The position numbers were made by a program, and so were the translations under genes. From an uncultured Bacilli bacterium (GTDB lineage: Bacteria > Bacillota_I > Bacilli_A > RF39 > UBA660): a DNA stretch of 64,000 nucleotides. The stretch lies in assembly GCA_934100165.1 (NCBI GenBank), contig CAKOPN010000005.1, forward strand, positions 33,804 to 97,803. The letters run 5' to 3'. A model generated the notes under the pieces. That model saw nothing but the letters and a program-made list of their open reading frames with translations. It did no database searches and was not told where the DNA came from. How positions within the stretch are numbered: the stretch's first letter is position 1; each line of letters starts with the position of its first letter. Below, piece after piece: positions 1 through 9,486 of this stretch.

Positions 1-135
1 TACAGATTCTGCTTCAGTATTACAAAATACTAAAGGATATCCAATTGTAGCTATTCTAGAGAAACCATTTAATGAAGCTAATGTAAGAAAAGTTGTAAAT
101 ATGTTAGTAAAGTAAAAAAAGAGCCGAAGCTCTTT

Positions 136-729
136 TTATTTTAGTAATTTTCTAATTGCATCATATAAATAAGGTTTAAATTTATCAATTGGAAGTGGTA
201 CTTTATTTATAATTGAACTAAATCCAGTTGAACTAACAAGTTCAATAATCATAAAGAGTGTAACTTCAGGGTTTTCCATCTTGATGTTATGCTCTTTTAC
301 TTTTGCAATAAACGTCTCAAATAAGCCAATTTCATCACTGTCAATAATTTTTGTTAATTTATCACTATAGTAAACTCCTAAAGATAAGTCTTTTGAAATG
401 AGTGAAGTAAGCTCAGGCTTTTTAATCAAACTATCTATTACATAATCAATTATTGCGATAATTTGATCATCAAACTTACTAATATTCTTTTCTTTTACAC
501 TTAACATTGCTTTATTAAATAAATCATGTGATAACTTTGTAATAAGTTTTTCTTGAAGATCATATTTGTCTTTAAAGTAAAGATAAAAAGTACCTTTGGC
601 AATACCAGCATTTTCTACGATATCTTGAATAGAAGTGTTATTTATTCCTTTTGTGGTAAATAGGGTATAGCTGGCCTCTAAGATTCTTTTTTCTTTATCA
701 TTTTTTTTCTCAATATTTTTTTCTAACAT
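136..729 (-). CDS. TetR/AcrR-family transcriptional regulator
   Basis: 197-aa ORF. The N-terminal HTH region (RILEASYTLFTTKGINNTSIQDIVENAGIAKGTFYLYFKDK) is typical of TetR regulators. It is divergent from the MMPL gene. Confidence 0.85.
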   Translation of the reverse strand: MLEKNIEKKNDKEKRILEASYTLFTTKGINNTSIQDIVENAGIAKGTFYLYFKDKYDLQEKLITKLSHDLFNKAMLSVKEKNISKFDDQIIAIIDYVIDSLIKKPELTSLISKDLSLGVYYSDKLTKIIDSDEIGLFETFIAKVKEHNIKMENPEVTLFMIIELVSSTGFSSIINKVPLPIDKFKPYLYDAIRKLLK

Positions 730-847
730 TTTAACACTATCATCCCTTTAACGCTTTACATAATAGCATCTTTTTTTATCACAGTCAAACTTTTAGAGGA
801 AACTTTTTCCTAAAAAATGAATAAAATATAAAGATTTAAAATAAATA

Positions 848-876
848 TTGACTATTGGTCATTTTTGTGTTAATAT
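848..876 (+). promoter_or_regulatory. sigma-A-type promoter (TTGACT-17 nt-TAATAT) upstream of the MMPL transporter gene
   Basis: Near-consensus -35 (848-853) and -10 (871-876) hexamers with a 17-nt spacer. An AAGGAGG RBS at 897-903 precedes the ATG at 908. Confidence 0.5.
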
Positions 877-895
877 ACTTAATGACCGTTGGTCA
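849..895. promoter_or_regulatory. Two related inverted-repeat operator candidates (TGACTATTGGTCA at 849-861, TGACCGTTGGTCA at 883-895), likely TetR binding sites
   Basis: Two copies of a TGAC-N5-GTCA palindrome. One overlaps the -35 hexamer and the other lies between the -10 and the RBS, in the intergenic region between the divergent tetR and MMPL genes. Confidence 0.4.
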
Positions 896-907
896 TAAGG
901 AGGAAAT

Positions 908-3900
908 ATGAAGAAATTTAGTGAGTTTGTTTGTAAAAATAAAATCATAATACTAATTGTTTCTTTGTTATTGATAATACCTTCTATATACGGTATGTAT
1001 AAGACAAGAGTTAATTATGATATTTTGATCTACTTGCCAGATGATATTGAGACTGTGAAAGGTCAAAATATTTTAACTAGCGACTTTAAGATGGGGTCTT
1101 ATTCAACTATAATTGCGGAAGGTGCTTCAAGCAAGGATATATTAAAATTTGAAGAGAAGGTTAGAAACATTGAAGGTGTTAACAAAGTAGTTAGTGCAAT
1201 CGATGTAACAGGATTATCTCTTCCACTTGAGTTCTTACCAAGTGAAATGACTAAAAAGTTGAAAAATGGTGATTCAACTCTTATTCTTGTAACATTTGAT
1301 GACACAATATCAAGTGATAGAACTCTTGATGCTGTAAGTCAAATAAGAGAAGATGCCTCTGGTATGTTTCATATCGGTGGTATGAGTTCAATTGTACTTG
1401 ATACAATGAAGGTATCAGATGAAGAAGTAGTAATGTATGTAATAATAGCAGTAGTATGTTGCTTAGCAGTACTTATGATATCTTTGGATTCTTATATCGC
1501 ACCATTTTTGTTACTTGCTAATATTGGACTTGCAATTTTGTACAATATGGGAACAAATACAATCTTTGGAGAAATTTCCTACATTACAAAAGCAATAAGT
1601 GCAGTATTACAATTAGGAGTAACAATGGACTTCTCAATATTCTTGTATCATAGATATTTATCTTTTAAGAGAAAATACAAGACAAAAGACGAAGCTATGG
1701 AAAATGCTATATGTGACACAATAGTATCAGTAGTAGGAAGTTCATTAACTACAGTAGCAGGTTTCTTAGCACTATGTACAATGATGTTAACATTAGGAAA
1801 AGATATTGGTCTAGTAATGGCAAAAGGTGTAATATTTGGTGTTATTTCAGTAGTTACAGTGTTCCCAGCAATATTACTAACTTTTGATAATCTAATAGAA
1901 AAAACTAGTCATAAAGTAATACTTCCTAAATTTGAAGGATTAAATAAATTCATAGTAAAAAATTATAAAATTATATTTGCTATTTTCTTAATACTTATAA
2001 TACCTGCTTGGTATGGTAATAAAAATACAGAAGTTTATTACAACCTAGATAAAACATTACCAAGAGATCTTGAAAGTAGCATTGCTAACAGTAAATTGAA
2101 AGAAACATTTAATATTGTGTCACCTGAAATTATACTGGTTAACAAAGATTTAAAATCAAGTGATTTTGAAAAAATGACTAATGAAATTTCAAATATCGAA
2201 GGAATTGATTTAGTACTAAGTAGCAGTATGATTGATTCACTTGGTATTCCAAAAGAAATGCTTGGTGATGAAGTAACAAGCATATTTGAAAATGATAACT
2301 ATCAGTTAGTTCTTGTAAACTCAGTTTATGCAACCGCCACAAATGAGCTTAATTCACAAATAGATGAACTTAACACTATAGTTAAAAAATATGATGAAAA
2401 TGCCATAATAGCAGGTGAAGGTCCACTTATGAAAGACATGGTAGAAATAAGTAATCAAGACTTTAACAATGTTAATTATTCATCAATTGCTCTTGTGTTT
2501 ATCATAATGATTATTGTATTAAAATCAGCATCACTACCAGTCTTACTAGTATGTGCCATTGAGTTTGCAATATTCATAAATATGGGATTATCATTCTATA
2601 CAAATGTTACGATTCCGTTTGTATCCTCAATAGTAATTGGTACTATTCAGTTAGGAGCCACTATTGACTATGCAATTCTTATGACTACAAAATATCTTGA
2701 AAAACGTAAAGAAGGAAAAGATCCAAAAGAAAGTATAAAATATTCTCTTGATAATTCAGTATCTTCAATAATTGTCAGTGGATTCTGTTTATTCGCCGCA
2801 ACATTTGGAGTAGGAATGTATTCAAGACTTGAGATGATTTCTTCAATATGTAACTTAATAGGAAGAGGAGCACTTATAAGTATGGTTGTAGTTATATTTG
2901 TAATACCAACACTTCTTCTTATCTTTGATAAAATAATTTGTAAAACTACAAGTGGTTTTGGGAAAGAGGTAAATATGAAAAATAAAGTTAAAAAGAGTTT
3001 AGCAGTATTTGCTATAGGGGTCTTAACTCTTGGCTCTACAACTGTTATGGCAAGTACCAAAAATGAAACTGTATATGCAAGACTTTCTAAAGATGGAAAG
3101 GTAAATAAAATTTTAGTAAATGAACATATATATTCAGATGAAAAAACGATTAAAGATATGTCAGATTTAAAAAACATTATGAATATAAGTGGTGATGAAG
3201 ATTTTACTATTGATGGTAATAATATAACTTGGAATGGTAATAATATCTTTTATCAAGGTGAAACAGACAAGTCTTTACCAGTAGAAGTAGAAATAACTTA
3301 CAAGTTAAATGGGGAAGAAATAAGCAAAGATGAATTAAAAGGAAAAAGTGGAAAAGTAGAAATAACTTTAAGCTTTAAAAATAATGATTCACACACTGTA
3401 AATGTAAATGGTAAAAGTACTACAATGTACACACCTTTTGTAGTAACAATGGGTACAATATTACCAGTTAAAGGTAATGATAACTTTACAATTACAAACG
3501 GAAAAGTTGTCAATAATGGTGTAAACAATATTGCTTTAGCATTAGCAACACCTAACCTTGATGCAAGCTTAGGGCTTAGTGAATTAAGTTCTATGAATAA
3601 TATAACAATTAGCTATGAAACAAGTAGCTTTAAAGAGTCAACTATTTATCTAGTTGTAACACCAAAGATAATTGATAAAGAAGATTTAAAAGTATTTGAT
3701 AATCTAGATTCTCTTTACAGTAGTATTTCTTATTTATCAAGTTCATCAACAAAACTTGTAAATGGAAGTAAAACATTATCAGATGGAATGAATGCTTACA
3801 ATCAAAAAATAGTAGAACTTGCAAATAATATTTCAACATTAAAACTTGGAACAAATTTACTAGCTCAAAAATATGGAATTATAAATTCTGGTATTGAAGA

Positions 3901-4618
3901 ACTTGGAGCTACATTTAGTGATGTAAATTCTCTTCTTGCAAAAGTTGCATCTTTGAATAGTGAAATAACATCATTGAATACAAAATTCTCTAACATTACT
4001 TCACAATCAGGAAATCTTACATCTATAGTAACAGGTACACAAGAGATGTTAACAAATCATATTAAAACACTAATGCAAATTGCAAATACCACTCAAGATG
4101 AAAATACAAAGAACAGTATTTTACAAGAAGTAGCAAGTTTACAAAAACAACTTCAAGAGTTAAATTTAGCTAGTCTTACTAGCCAGGTTACAGACTTAAA
4201 TAACTCAGTTATAGAGTTAAATAAAGAAGTTACAGCGTTAACTAAGAAGTATGAAAATGAAGTATCTAAACTACCAGCAATGTCTAGTAAAGTAGAAGAA
4301 TTAGTAGAAGGTAGCGAAGAATTTAATAGTAAAATAAATGAACTAAATCAAAAAGTAACATATCTTGACTCAGTAATATCTGGTACTTTAGTAGATAAGA
4401 CAGAAGAATTAGCAAATGGTTCTAAAGATTTATATACTAATTTATCAAAATTTGATGTTGAAGGAATTCAAAAAATGAGTTATTATATAAATGGTAAGGT
4501 AAAAGGTTTAACAACTAAGTTAGAAAAATTAGTGGAACTTGGAGATAACTACGAAACATTTACAATGAAGGATAAAGATACTAAAGGTGAAACTAAATTC
4601 ATAATAGTTATAGAATAA
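908..4618 (+). CDS. MMPL/RND-superfamily membrane transporter (approx aa 1-688) fused in-frame to a signal-peptide-bearing YhgE/Pip-like coiled-coil ectodomain (approx aa 690-1236)
   Basis: 1236-aa ORF. The first ~690 aa show two blocks of ~6 TM helices, each preceded by a ~150-aa loop, which is MMPL topology. At nt 2975 an in-frame ATG is preceded by GAAAGAGGT. It begins MKNKVKKSLAVFAIGVLTLGSTTVMAS (signal peptide or TM), followed by ~540 aa of Ser/Thr/Asn-rich coiled-coil sequence with no further TM segments. Confidence 0.75.
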   Translation: MKKFSEFVCKNKIIILIVSLLLIIPSIYGMYKTRVNYDILIYLPDDIETVKGQNILTSDFKMGSYSTIIAEGASSKDILKFEEKVRNIEGVNKVVSAIDVTGLSLPLEFLPSEMTKKLKNGDSTLILVTFDDTISSDRTLDAVSQIREDASGMFHIGGMSSIVLDTMKVSDEEVVMYVIIAVVCCLAVLMISLDSYIAPFLLLANIGLAILYNMGTNTIFGEISYITKAISAVLQLGVTMDFSIFLYHRYLSFKRKYKTKDEAMENAICDTIVSVVGSSLTTVAGFLALCTMMLTLGKDIGLVMAKGVIFGVISVVTVFPAILLTFDNLIEKTSHKVILPKFEGLNKFIVKNYKIIFAIFLILIIPAWYGNKNTEVYYNLDKTLPRDLESSIANSKLKETFNIVSPEIILVNKDLKSSDFEKMTNEISNIEGIDLVLSSSMIDSLGIPKEMLGDEVTSIFENDNYQLVLVNSVYATATNELNSQIDELNTIVKKYDENAIIAGEGPLMKDMVEISNQDFNNVNYSSIALVFIIMIIVLKSASLPVLLVCAIEFAIFINMGLSFYTNVTIPFVSSIVIGTIQLGATIDYAILMTTKYLEKRKEGKDPKESIKYSLDNSVSSIIVSGFCLFAATFGVGMYSRLEMISSICNLIGRGALISMVVVIFVIPTLLLIFDKIICKTTSGFGKEVNMKNKVKKSLAVFAIGVLTLGSTTVMASTKNETVYARLSKDGKVNKILVNEHIYSDEKTIKDMSDLKNIMNISGDEDFTIDGNNITWNGNNIFYQGETDKSLPVEVEITYKLNGEEISKDELKGKSGKVEITLSFKNNDSHTVNVNGKSTTMYTPFVVTMGTILPVKGNDNFTITNGKVVNNGVNNIALALATPNLDASLGLSELSSMNNITISYETSSFKESTIYLVVTPKIIDKEDLKVFDNLDSLYSSISYLSSSSTKLVNGSKTLSDGMNAYNQKIVELANNISTLKLGTNLLAQKYGIINSGIEELGATFSDVNSLLAKVASLNSEITSLNTKFSNITSQSGNLTSIVTGTQEMLTNHIKTLMQIANTTQDENTKNSILQEVASLQKQLQELNLASLTSQVTDLNNSVIELNKEVTALTKKYENEVSKLPAMSSKVEELVEGSEEFNSKINELNQKVTYLDSVISGTLVDKTEELANGSKDLYTNLSKFDVEGIQKMSYYINGKVKGLTTKLEKLVELGDNYETFTMKDKDTKGETKFIIVIE

Positions 4619-4648
4619 AAATAAAAGGTAATAATAAAGGATGTAAGG

Positions 4649-5224
4649 GTGAAAAAAATGAAAAAAAAGTTAAATGAAATAATATGTGCATCAATAGTTA
4701 TGTCAATATTCTTTCTAGTTATGGGTATACTTCTTGTGGTAAACCCAGAAATATCTCTCGATGTAATATCATATATGATTGCAACATTTCTAATTGTCAA
4801 TGGTATCTTCTTATTTGTACTTGATTTTAAGTTAGGTGGATTGCTTATTTTCTTTGATAATATCATCTCAGGTGTTATATCAGTAGTGCTAGGTATTTTG
4901 GTTTTGATAAATCCAAGCTTAGTATCAACATTTATCCCAGTAGTGGTAGGAATTTGGTTTATTATAGTAAGTATTTTCAAAATAAGAATATCACTTCTAT
5001 TTGATGATGATTCAAAGGTATTATCAATAATACTTGCTATTATTGGTGTAATAACTGGATGTTTCTTAATAGTAAACCCATCTGTTGGAAGTATAGCAAT
5101 TATACTTGCTACAGGCATATCTTTTATAGCATATTCAGTTGTAGATATAATTGAAATGATTATCTTCAAAAGAAATCTTAGAGTTATAGAAAAGAATATT
5201 AAAAAATATATAGATTTTGAATAA
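4649..5224 (+). CDS. HdeD/DUF308-like small multi-TM membrane protein
   Basis: 191 aa with repeated short hydrophobic helix pairs (LLVVNPEISLDV..., VLINPSLVS..., FLIVNPSVGS...), typical of the DUF308/HdeD family. The ATG at 4658 with TAAGGGTG just upstream is the more likely start than the GTG at 4649. Confidence 0.55.
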   Translation: MKKMKKKLNEIICASIVMSIFFLVMGILLVVNPEISLDVISYMIATFLIVNGIFLFVLDFKLGGLLIFFDNIISGVISVVLGILVLINPSLVSTFIPVVVGIWFIIVSIFKIRISLLFDDDSKVLSIILAIIGVITGCFLIVNPSVGSIAIILATGISFIAYSVVDIIEMIIFKRNLRVIEKNIKKYIDFE

Positions 5225-5230
5225 TATTAA

Positions 5231-5258
5231 AAAGCAACTTAGAAAAGTTGCTTTTTTA
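5231..5258 (+). terminator. Rho-independent terminator
   Basis: Hairpin AAGCAACTT-agaa-AAGTTGCTT followed by a T-run. Confidence 0.6.
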
Positions 5259-5335
5259 ATTCTTTAATTAGACTAATTTTGCTCTTTTCAATAATAATAA
5301 AGCCTATTATAATTATTATAAGGATAGGTGAGATA

Positions 5336-6550
5336 ATGAAAAATTATAAAAAAATACTTATAGTTTTACTTTTAATAGTAATATTAACTGGATGCACATC
5401 AAAGAAAAATGATACACCAAAGGATGACATTAAACCTGATACTAGAACAGAACTAGAAAAGAAGGTTGATTCTACGTTAGAGGGCATGACTCTTGATGAA
5501 AAGATAGGGCAGATGCTTATGATTTTTTATAGAAAAGATACTGTTGATTCTACACTTGAAAGTGCTCTTAAAGATGTTAAACCAGGTGGATTTATCTTAT
5601 TTAAGGAAAACATAAGCACGTATGACAAGACTTTAAATTTTATTAAAACAGTTAAAAATTCTTCTTCTATACCAATGTTTATTTCTATCGATCAAGAAGG
5701 AGGAAATGTTCAAAGACTTTTGGCACTTCAGGATATGAGTGTATCTAACATTCCTTACATGTATGATGTTGGGCTAAAAAATGATGAGAATCTTGCAAGT
5801 GATGTAGGGAAAGTTATTGCTGAAGAATTAAGAGTATTTGGTATAAATATGGATTTTGCACCAGATATTGATGTTTATTCAAACAAGGATAATAAAGTAA
5901 TTGGTAAAAGAAGTTTTGGCACAAATAGTGATATTGTTTCAAGGTTAGGCCTTTCTCTTGGTAATTCACTTTCGGCAAATGGAGTAATTCCTGTGTATAA
6001 ACATTTTCCAGGCCACGGTAATACTGCAACTGACTCTCATGTGTCTCTTCCAATTGTGGATAAAACAAAAGAAGAATTATATTCACTTGATTTAATACCA
6101 TTTCAAAAAGCAATAGAAGCAAATGCTCCAGTTATAATGGTTGGACATCTTGCAGTGCCAAGTATAACTGGTGATAATACTCCAGCATCAATTTCTAAAT
6201 CTTTAATCACAGATTTCCTAAAAGGTGAAATGGGTTATAAAGGATTAGTAGTGACAGATGCTCTTAACATGAATGCTTTAACAAATTATTATTCACAAGA
6301 TGAAATATACGTAAAAGCAGTAGAAGCAGGAGTAGATATACTTTTAATGCCATCATCTTCAAGAAATGCTTTAAACAGTGTAAAAAAAGCTGTTGAAGAT
6401 GGAAGAATTACAGAGGAAAGAATAAATGAATCAGTAAAGAAAATATTAACTTTGAAGTATGAAAAAATAGAAGAAAATTACAATGAATACTTACCATCAA
6501 GTTACTTAAATAGTAAAGAGCATCAAGAAATACTAAAAAAGGTTAAGTAA
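5336..6550 (+). CDS. Glycoside hydrolase family 3 N-terminal-domain protein (beta-N-acetylhexosaminidase, NagZ-like), lipoprotein
   Basis: Lipoprotein signal MKNYKKILIVLLLIVILTGC. GH3 motifs KHFPGHG and GLVVTDALNM. The start at 5336 has a GGTGAG RBS. The track ORF at 5279 is an N-terminal over-extension. Confidence 0.8.
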   Translation: MKNYKKILIVLLLIVILTGCTSKKNDTPKDDIKPDTRTELEKKVDSTLEGMTLDEKIGQMLMIFYRKDTVDSTLESALKDVKPGGFILFKENISTYDKTLNFIKTVKNSSSIPMFISIDQEGGNVQRLLALQDMSVSNIPYMYDVGLKNDENLASDVGKVIAEELRVFGINMDFAPDIDVYSNKDNKVIGKRSFGTNSDIVSRLGLSLGNSLSANGVIPVYKHFPGHGNTATDSHVSLPIVDKTKEELYSLDLIPFQKAIEANAPVIMVGHLAVPSITGDNTPASISKSLITDFLKGEMGYKGLVVTDALNMNALTNYYSQDEIYVKAVEAGVDILLMPSSSRNALNSVKKAVEDGRITEERINESVKKILTLKYEKIEENYNEYLPSSYLNSKEHQEILKKVK

Positions 6551-6559
6551 TTAAGACAT

Positions 6560-6595
6560 AAAAAAACCTCTAGGAAATCCTAGAGGAATTTTTTA
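6560..6595. terminator. Bidirectional Rho-independent terminator shared by the convergent GH3 and clpB genes
   Basis: Hairpin CCTCTAGG-aaat-CCTAGAGG flanked by A-run and T-run. Confidence 0.6.
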
Positions 6596-8704
6596 TCTTT
6601 CAATATATAATTCATTATCTTTAACACTTATAACTATATCATCACCATATTTGATTTCACCATTTATAATTGCTTTTGCTATTAGTGTTTCAATATTTCT
6701 TGATACAAATCTTTTAATTGGTCTAGCTCCATATTTTTCATCGTAAGAGTTTTCAATGATAAAGTCTCTAGCAGTATTTGTTAACATAATATTGATATTT
6801 TTATCTGTAAGTCTCTTGTTGATATCATTTATAATCTTATCAAGTATTTTGTAAACAGTATCCTTCTTAAGTGCTTTAAATATGATTATTTCATCAATTC
6901 TATTCAAAAATTCTGGTTTGAATGTTCTCTTTAATTCATCCATTACAAGTGTATTAGAATTATCTAAGTTATCAAGAATGTATTCACTACCAAGGTTAGA
7001 AGTCATGATTATAATAGTATTCTTAAAGTCTACAGTTCTTCCTTGTGAATCAGTTATTCTGCCATCATCAAGTATTTGAAGTAATATGTTGAAAACATCT
7101 TTATGAGCTTTCTCAATTTCATCAAATAGGACTATACTGTAAGGGTTTCTTCTAACAGCTTCAGTTAATTGTCCACCATCATCATAACCAACATATCCTG
7201 GAGGAGAACCAATTAGTCTTGCAACAGAATGGCTTTCCATGTATTCACTCATATCAATTCTAATCATATGACGTTCATCATCAAAAAGTTCATATGCAAG
7301 TGTTTTAGCAACTTCTGTTTTACCAACACCAGTAGGTCCAAGGAATATAAATGAACCAATTGGTCTGTTTGGATCTTTGATACCACTTCTAGCACGGATT
7401 ATTGCATCACTTACTAGTTTTATGGCATCATCTTGTCCCATAACACGTTTTTTCATGTTGGATTCTAGATTTAAAAGTTTCTCTCTTTCTTCGCCAACAA
7501 GTTTGCTTATAGGAATATTGGTCCATTTAGAGATAATAGCTGCAATACTTTCTTCATCGATAGTATCACTTAATATTTCGTTTTTGTTTTGAGCTTCTAG
7601 ATTACGAAGTTCTTTTTCGAGTTCTGGAATAACACCATGTTTAAGTCTAGCTGCCTCTTCTAAGTCATAAGTATCTTCAGCTCTTTCAAGCTCATGTTTC
7701 TTACGTTCAATTTCTTCTTTTTTCTTGTTAATTTTAGTGTTAATTTCTTTTTCACTTTCCCAGTCACTTTTTAACTTTCCTTGCTTTTCTTTTAATCCAA
7801 CAAGTTCACTATCAATTTCTTCAATTCTATGTTTTGAAAAATCATCTTTTTCTTTCTTTAAAGCTTCTTTTTCAACTTCTAGTTGCATAATGTTTCTTGT
7901 TAAAGTATCAAGTTCAGTAGGAACAGATTCCATTTGTACCTTTACAGTAGCACAAGCTTCATCAACTAGGTCAATAGCCTTATCTGGTAAAAATCTATTA
8001 GTAATATATCTATTAGATAGAGTAGCTGCCGCTACAAGTGCTTTATCTTTAATTGTAACTCCGTGGTAAACTTCAAATCTTTGCTTTAATCCACGTAGTA
8101 TTGTTATTGTATCAAGCACTGATGGTTCTTTTACTAACACTTGTTGAAATCTTCTTTCAAGTGCACTATCTTTTTCAATATATTTTCTATATTCATTTAA
8201 AGTAGTAGCGCCAATACAGTGTATTTCACCACGAGCAAGCATAGGTTTTAGCATATTACCAGCATCCATAGCACCTTCAGCACCACTTCCTACTATCATG
8301 TGAATTTCATCGATAAACATAATGATGTCACCATCAGAATCTTTAATTTCTTTTAGAACAGCTTTAAGACGTTCCTCAAATTCACCACGATATTTTGCAC
8401 CTGCAATAAGTGAACCCATATCTAGCTCCCAAATTGTTTTATTTTTAAGGCTGTTAGGTACATCACCTTTAACAATTCTTTGCGCAAGACCTTCAATAAT
8501 TGCAGTTTTACCAACACCAGCTTCACCAATTAAAACTGGGTTGTTTTTTGTTTTTCTAGACAAAATCCTAGTTATACTACGAATTTCATCATCACGGCCA
8601 ATTACAGGATCGATTTTTCCATCCTTAACGGCCTGTACTATATCACGACCATATTTCTCAAGAACATTTTCCAAATTTTCTTGATATGGATTTCTCTCAT
8701 TCAT
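6593..8704 (-). CDS. clpB: ClpB-type Hsp100 disaggregase lacking the N-terminal domain
   Basis: 703 aa with two AAA+ modules (Walker A GEAGVGKT and GPTGVGKT) and a long coiled-coil middle domain. It starts at the position equivalent to roughly residue 150-160 of full-length ClpB, so the N-domain is absent. This matches the short ClpB of Mollicutes. Confidence 0.85.
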   Translation of the reverse strand: MNERNPYQENLENVLEKYGRDIVQAVKDGKIDPVIGRDDEIRSITRILSRKTKNNPVLIGEAGVGKTAIIEGLAQRIVKGDVPNSLKNKTIWELDMGSLIAGAKYRGEFEERLKAVLKEIKDSDGDIIMFIDEIHMIVGSGAEGAMDAGNMLKPMLARGEIHCIGATTLNEYRKYIEKDSALERRFQQVLVKEPSVLDTITILRGLKQRFEVYHGVTIKDKALVAAATLSNRYITNRFLPDKAIDLVDEACATVKVQMESVPTELDTLTRNIMQLEVEKEALKKEKDDFSKHRIEEIDSELVGLKEKQGKLKSDWESEKEINTKINKKKEEIERKKHELERAEDTYDLEEAARLKHGVIPELEKELRNLEAQNKNEILSDTIDEESIAAIISKWTNIPISKLVGEEREKLLNLESNMKKRVMGQDDAIKLVSDAIIRARSGIKDPNRPIGSFIFLGPTGVGKTEVAKTLAYELFDDERHMIRIDMSEYMESHSVARLIGSPPGYVGYDDGGQLTEAVRRNPYSIVLFDEIEKAHKDVFNILLQILDDGRITDSQGRTVDFKNTIIIMTSNLGSEYILDNLDNSNTLVMDELKRTFKPEFLNRIDEIIIFKALKKDTVYKILDKIINDINKRLTDKNINIMLTNTARDFIIENSYDEKYGARPIKRFVSRNIETLIAKAIINGEIKYGDDIVISVKDNELYIER

Positions 8705-8749
8705 AAATATCCCTCCTTATCAAAAGAACATACATATTATATCACTAAA

Positions 8750-8776
8750 TTAGCACTTGTCAATAGAGAGTGCCAA
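8750..8776. promoter_or_regulatory. CIRCE element (HrcA operator) TTAGCACTT-N9-GAGTGCCAA upstream of clpB
   Basis: Near-perfect match to the CIRCE consensus TTAGCACTC-N9-GAGTGCTAA, about 46 nt upstream of the clpB start codon on the - strand. Confidence 0.7.
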
Positions 8777-8846
8777 AATTCTACAAAAAATTTACAACAA
8801 TTTTATTAAATGTTATAATTAAAAGGGAAAAGTAAGGGAGAAAAAC

Positions 8847-9128
8847 ATGAAAAAAGTAACATTGTTAGAAAAAGAATATGAAATAATAAAAGATGAACAT
8901 AACTGCTTTGATTTACAAGAAGTAGAAGGTTTAATTACAGACTATTTTGAACCATATGACTATATTTTAGGGGACTATTCTTATGGAAAACTAAGATTGA
9001 AAGGTTATTATGATTCTAAAAGCAAAAAGAAAAATAAAGTAAACGATTATAGTAACATTGATACTTATATAAAAGAATATTGTTCTTTTAATTGCAAACA
9101 TTTTATTTTGAAAAAAGAAAAAGTATAA
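8847..9128 (+). CDS. YutD-like (DUF1027) small protein
   Basis: 93 aa. The YEIIKDEHNCFD...YDYILGDYSYGKLRLKGYYD pattern resembles the YutD family. Confidence 0.45.
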   Translation: MKKVTLLEKEYEIIKDEHNCFDLQEVEGLITDYFEPYDYILGDYSYGKLRLKGYYDSKSKKKNKVNDYSNIDTYIKEYCSFNCKHFILKKEKV

Positions 9129-9191
9129 ATTTAAGTTGAAAAGTTCTTTAAATGTGTTAAAATATTATGTATAAGGATAGGGAGGATTTAT

Positions 9192-9464
9192 ATGGGTGAT
9201 GATAGCAGAATGATGTCCATCGTTTTGGAAGATGGCTCAGTTGATGAAGTAGAATTTTTATTATCTTTTAAATTTACGGATAATAATAAAGAATATATGA
9301 TATACACCAAGAATGAAAGTGATGATAATGGTAATGTTACTATCTATGTAGCATCTGTAGAGAGAAATGGTGATAGTGATCCGAAACTTGGCGGAGTAGA
9401 TAGTGAAGATGAATGGACGAGAATTAAAAATGTATTAAAGGAATTGTCAAAGAACGTGGAATAA
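9192..9464 (+). CDS. DUF1292-family small acidic protein
   Basis: 90 aa. The pattern LEDGSVDEVEFLLSFKFTDNNKEYMIY...VASVERNGD...DSEDEWTRIKNVLKE matches the DUF1292 (YrzB-like) architecture. Confidence 0.5.
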   Translation: MGDDSRMMSIVLEDGSVDEVEFLLSFKFTDNNKEYMIYTKNESDDNGNVTIYVASVERNGDSDPKLGGVDSEDEWTRIKNVLKELSKNVE

Positions 9465-9486
9465 AAAGCAGATTGGAGGTTATATT

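Noticed and set aside
1099-4500. Several antisense ORFs (1099-1305, 2038-2283, 2668-3177, 3298-3528, 3642-3854) inside the MMPL gene
   Set aside because: All are embedded antisense to a long, well-supported ORF, lack RBSs, and have low-complexity, AT-codon-driven compositions. They are typical spurious ORFs in AT-rich DNA.
5279-5335. N-terminal extensions of track ORFs (5279, 27465, 49162, 57216, 32416, 35244, 41128)
   Set aside because: In each case an internal ATG with a properly spaced Shine-Dalgarno sequence, and for 5336 a lipoprotein signal beginning exactly there, gives a more plausible start. The upstream portions run into promoters or lack RBSs.
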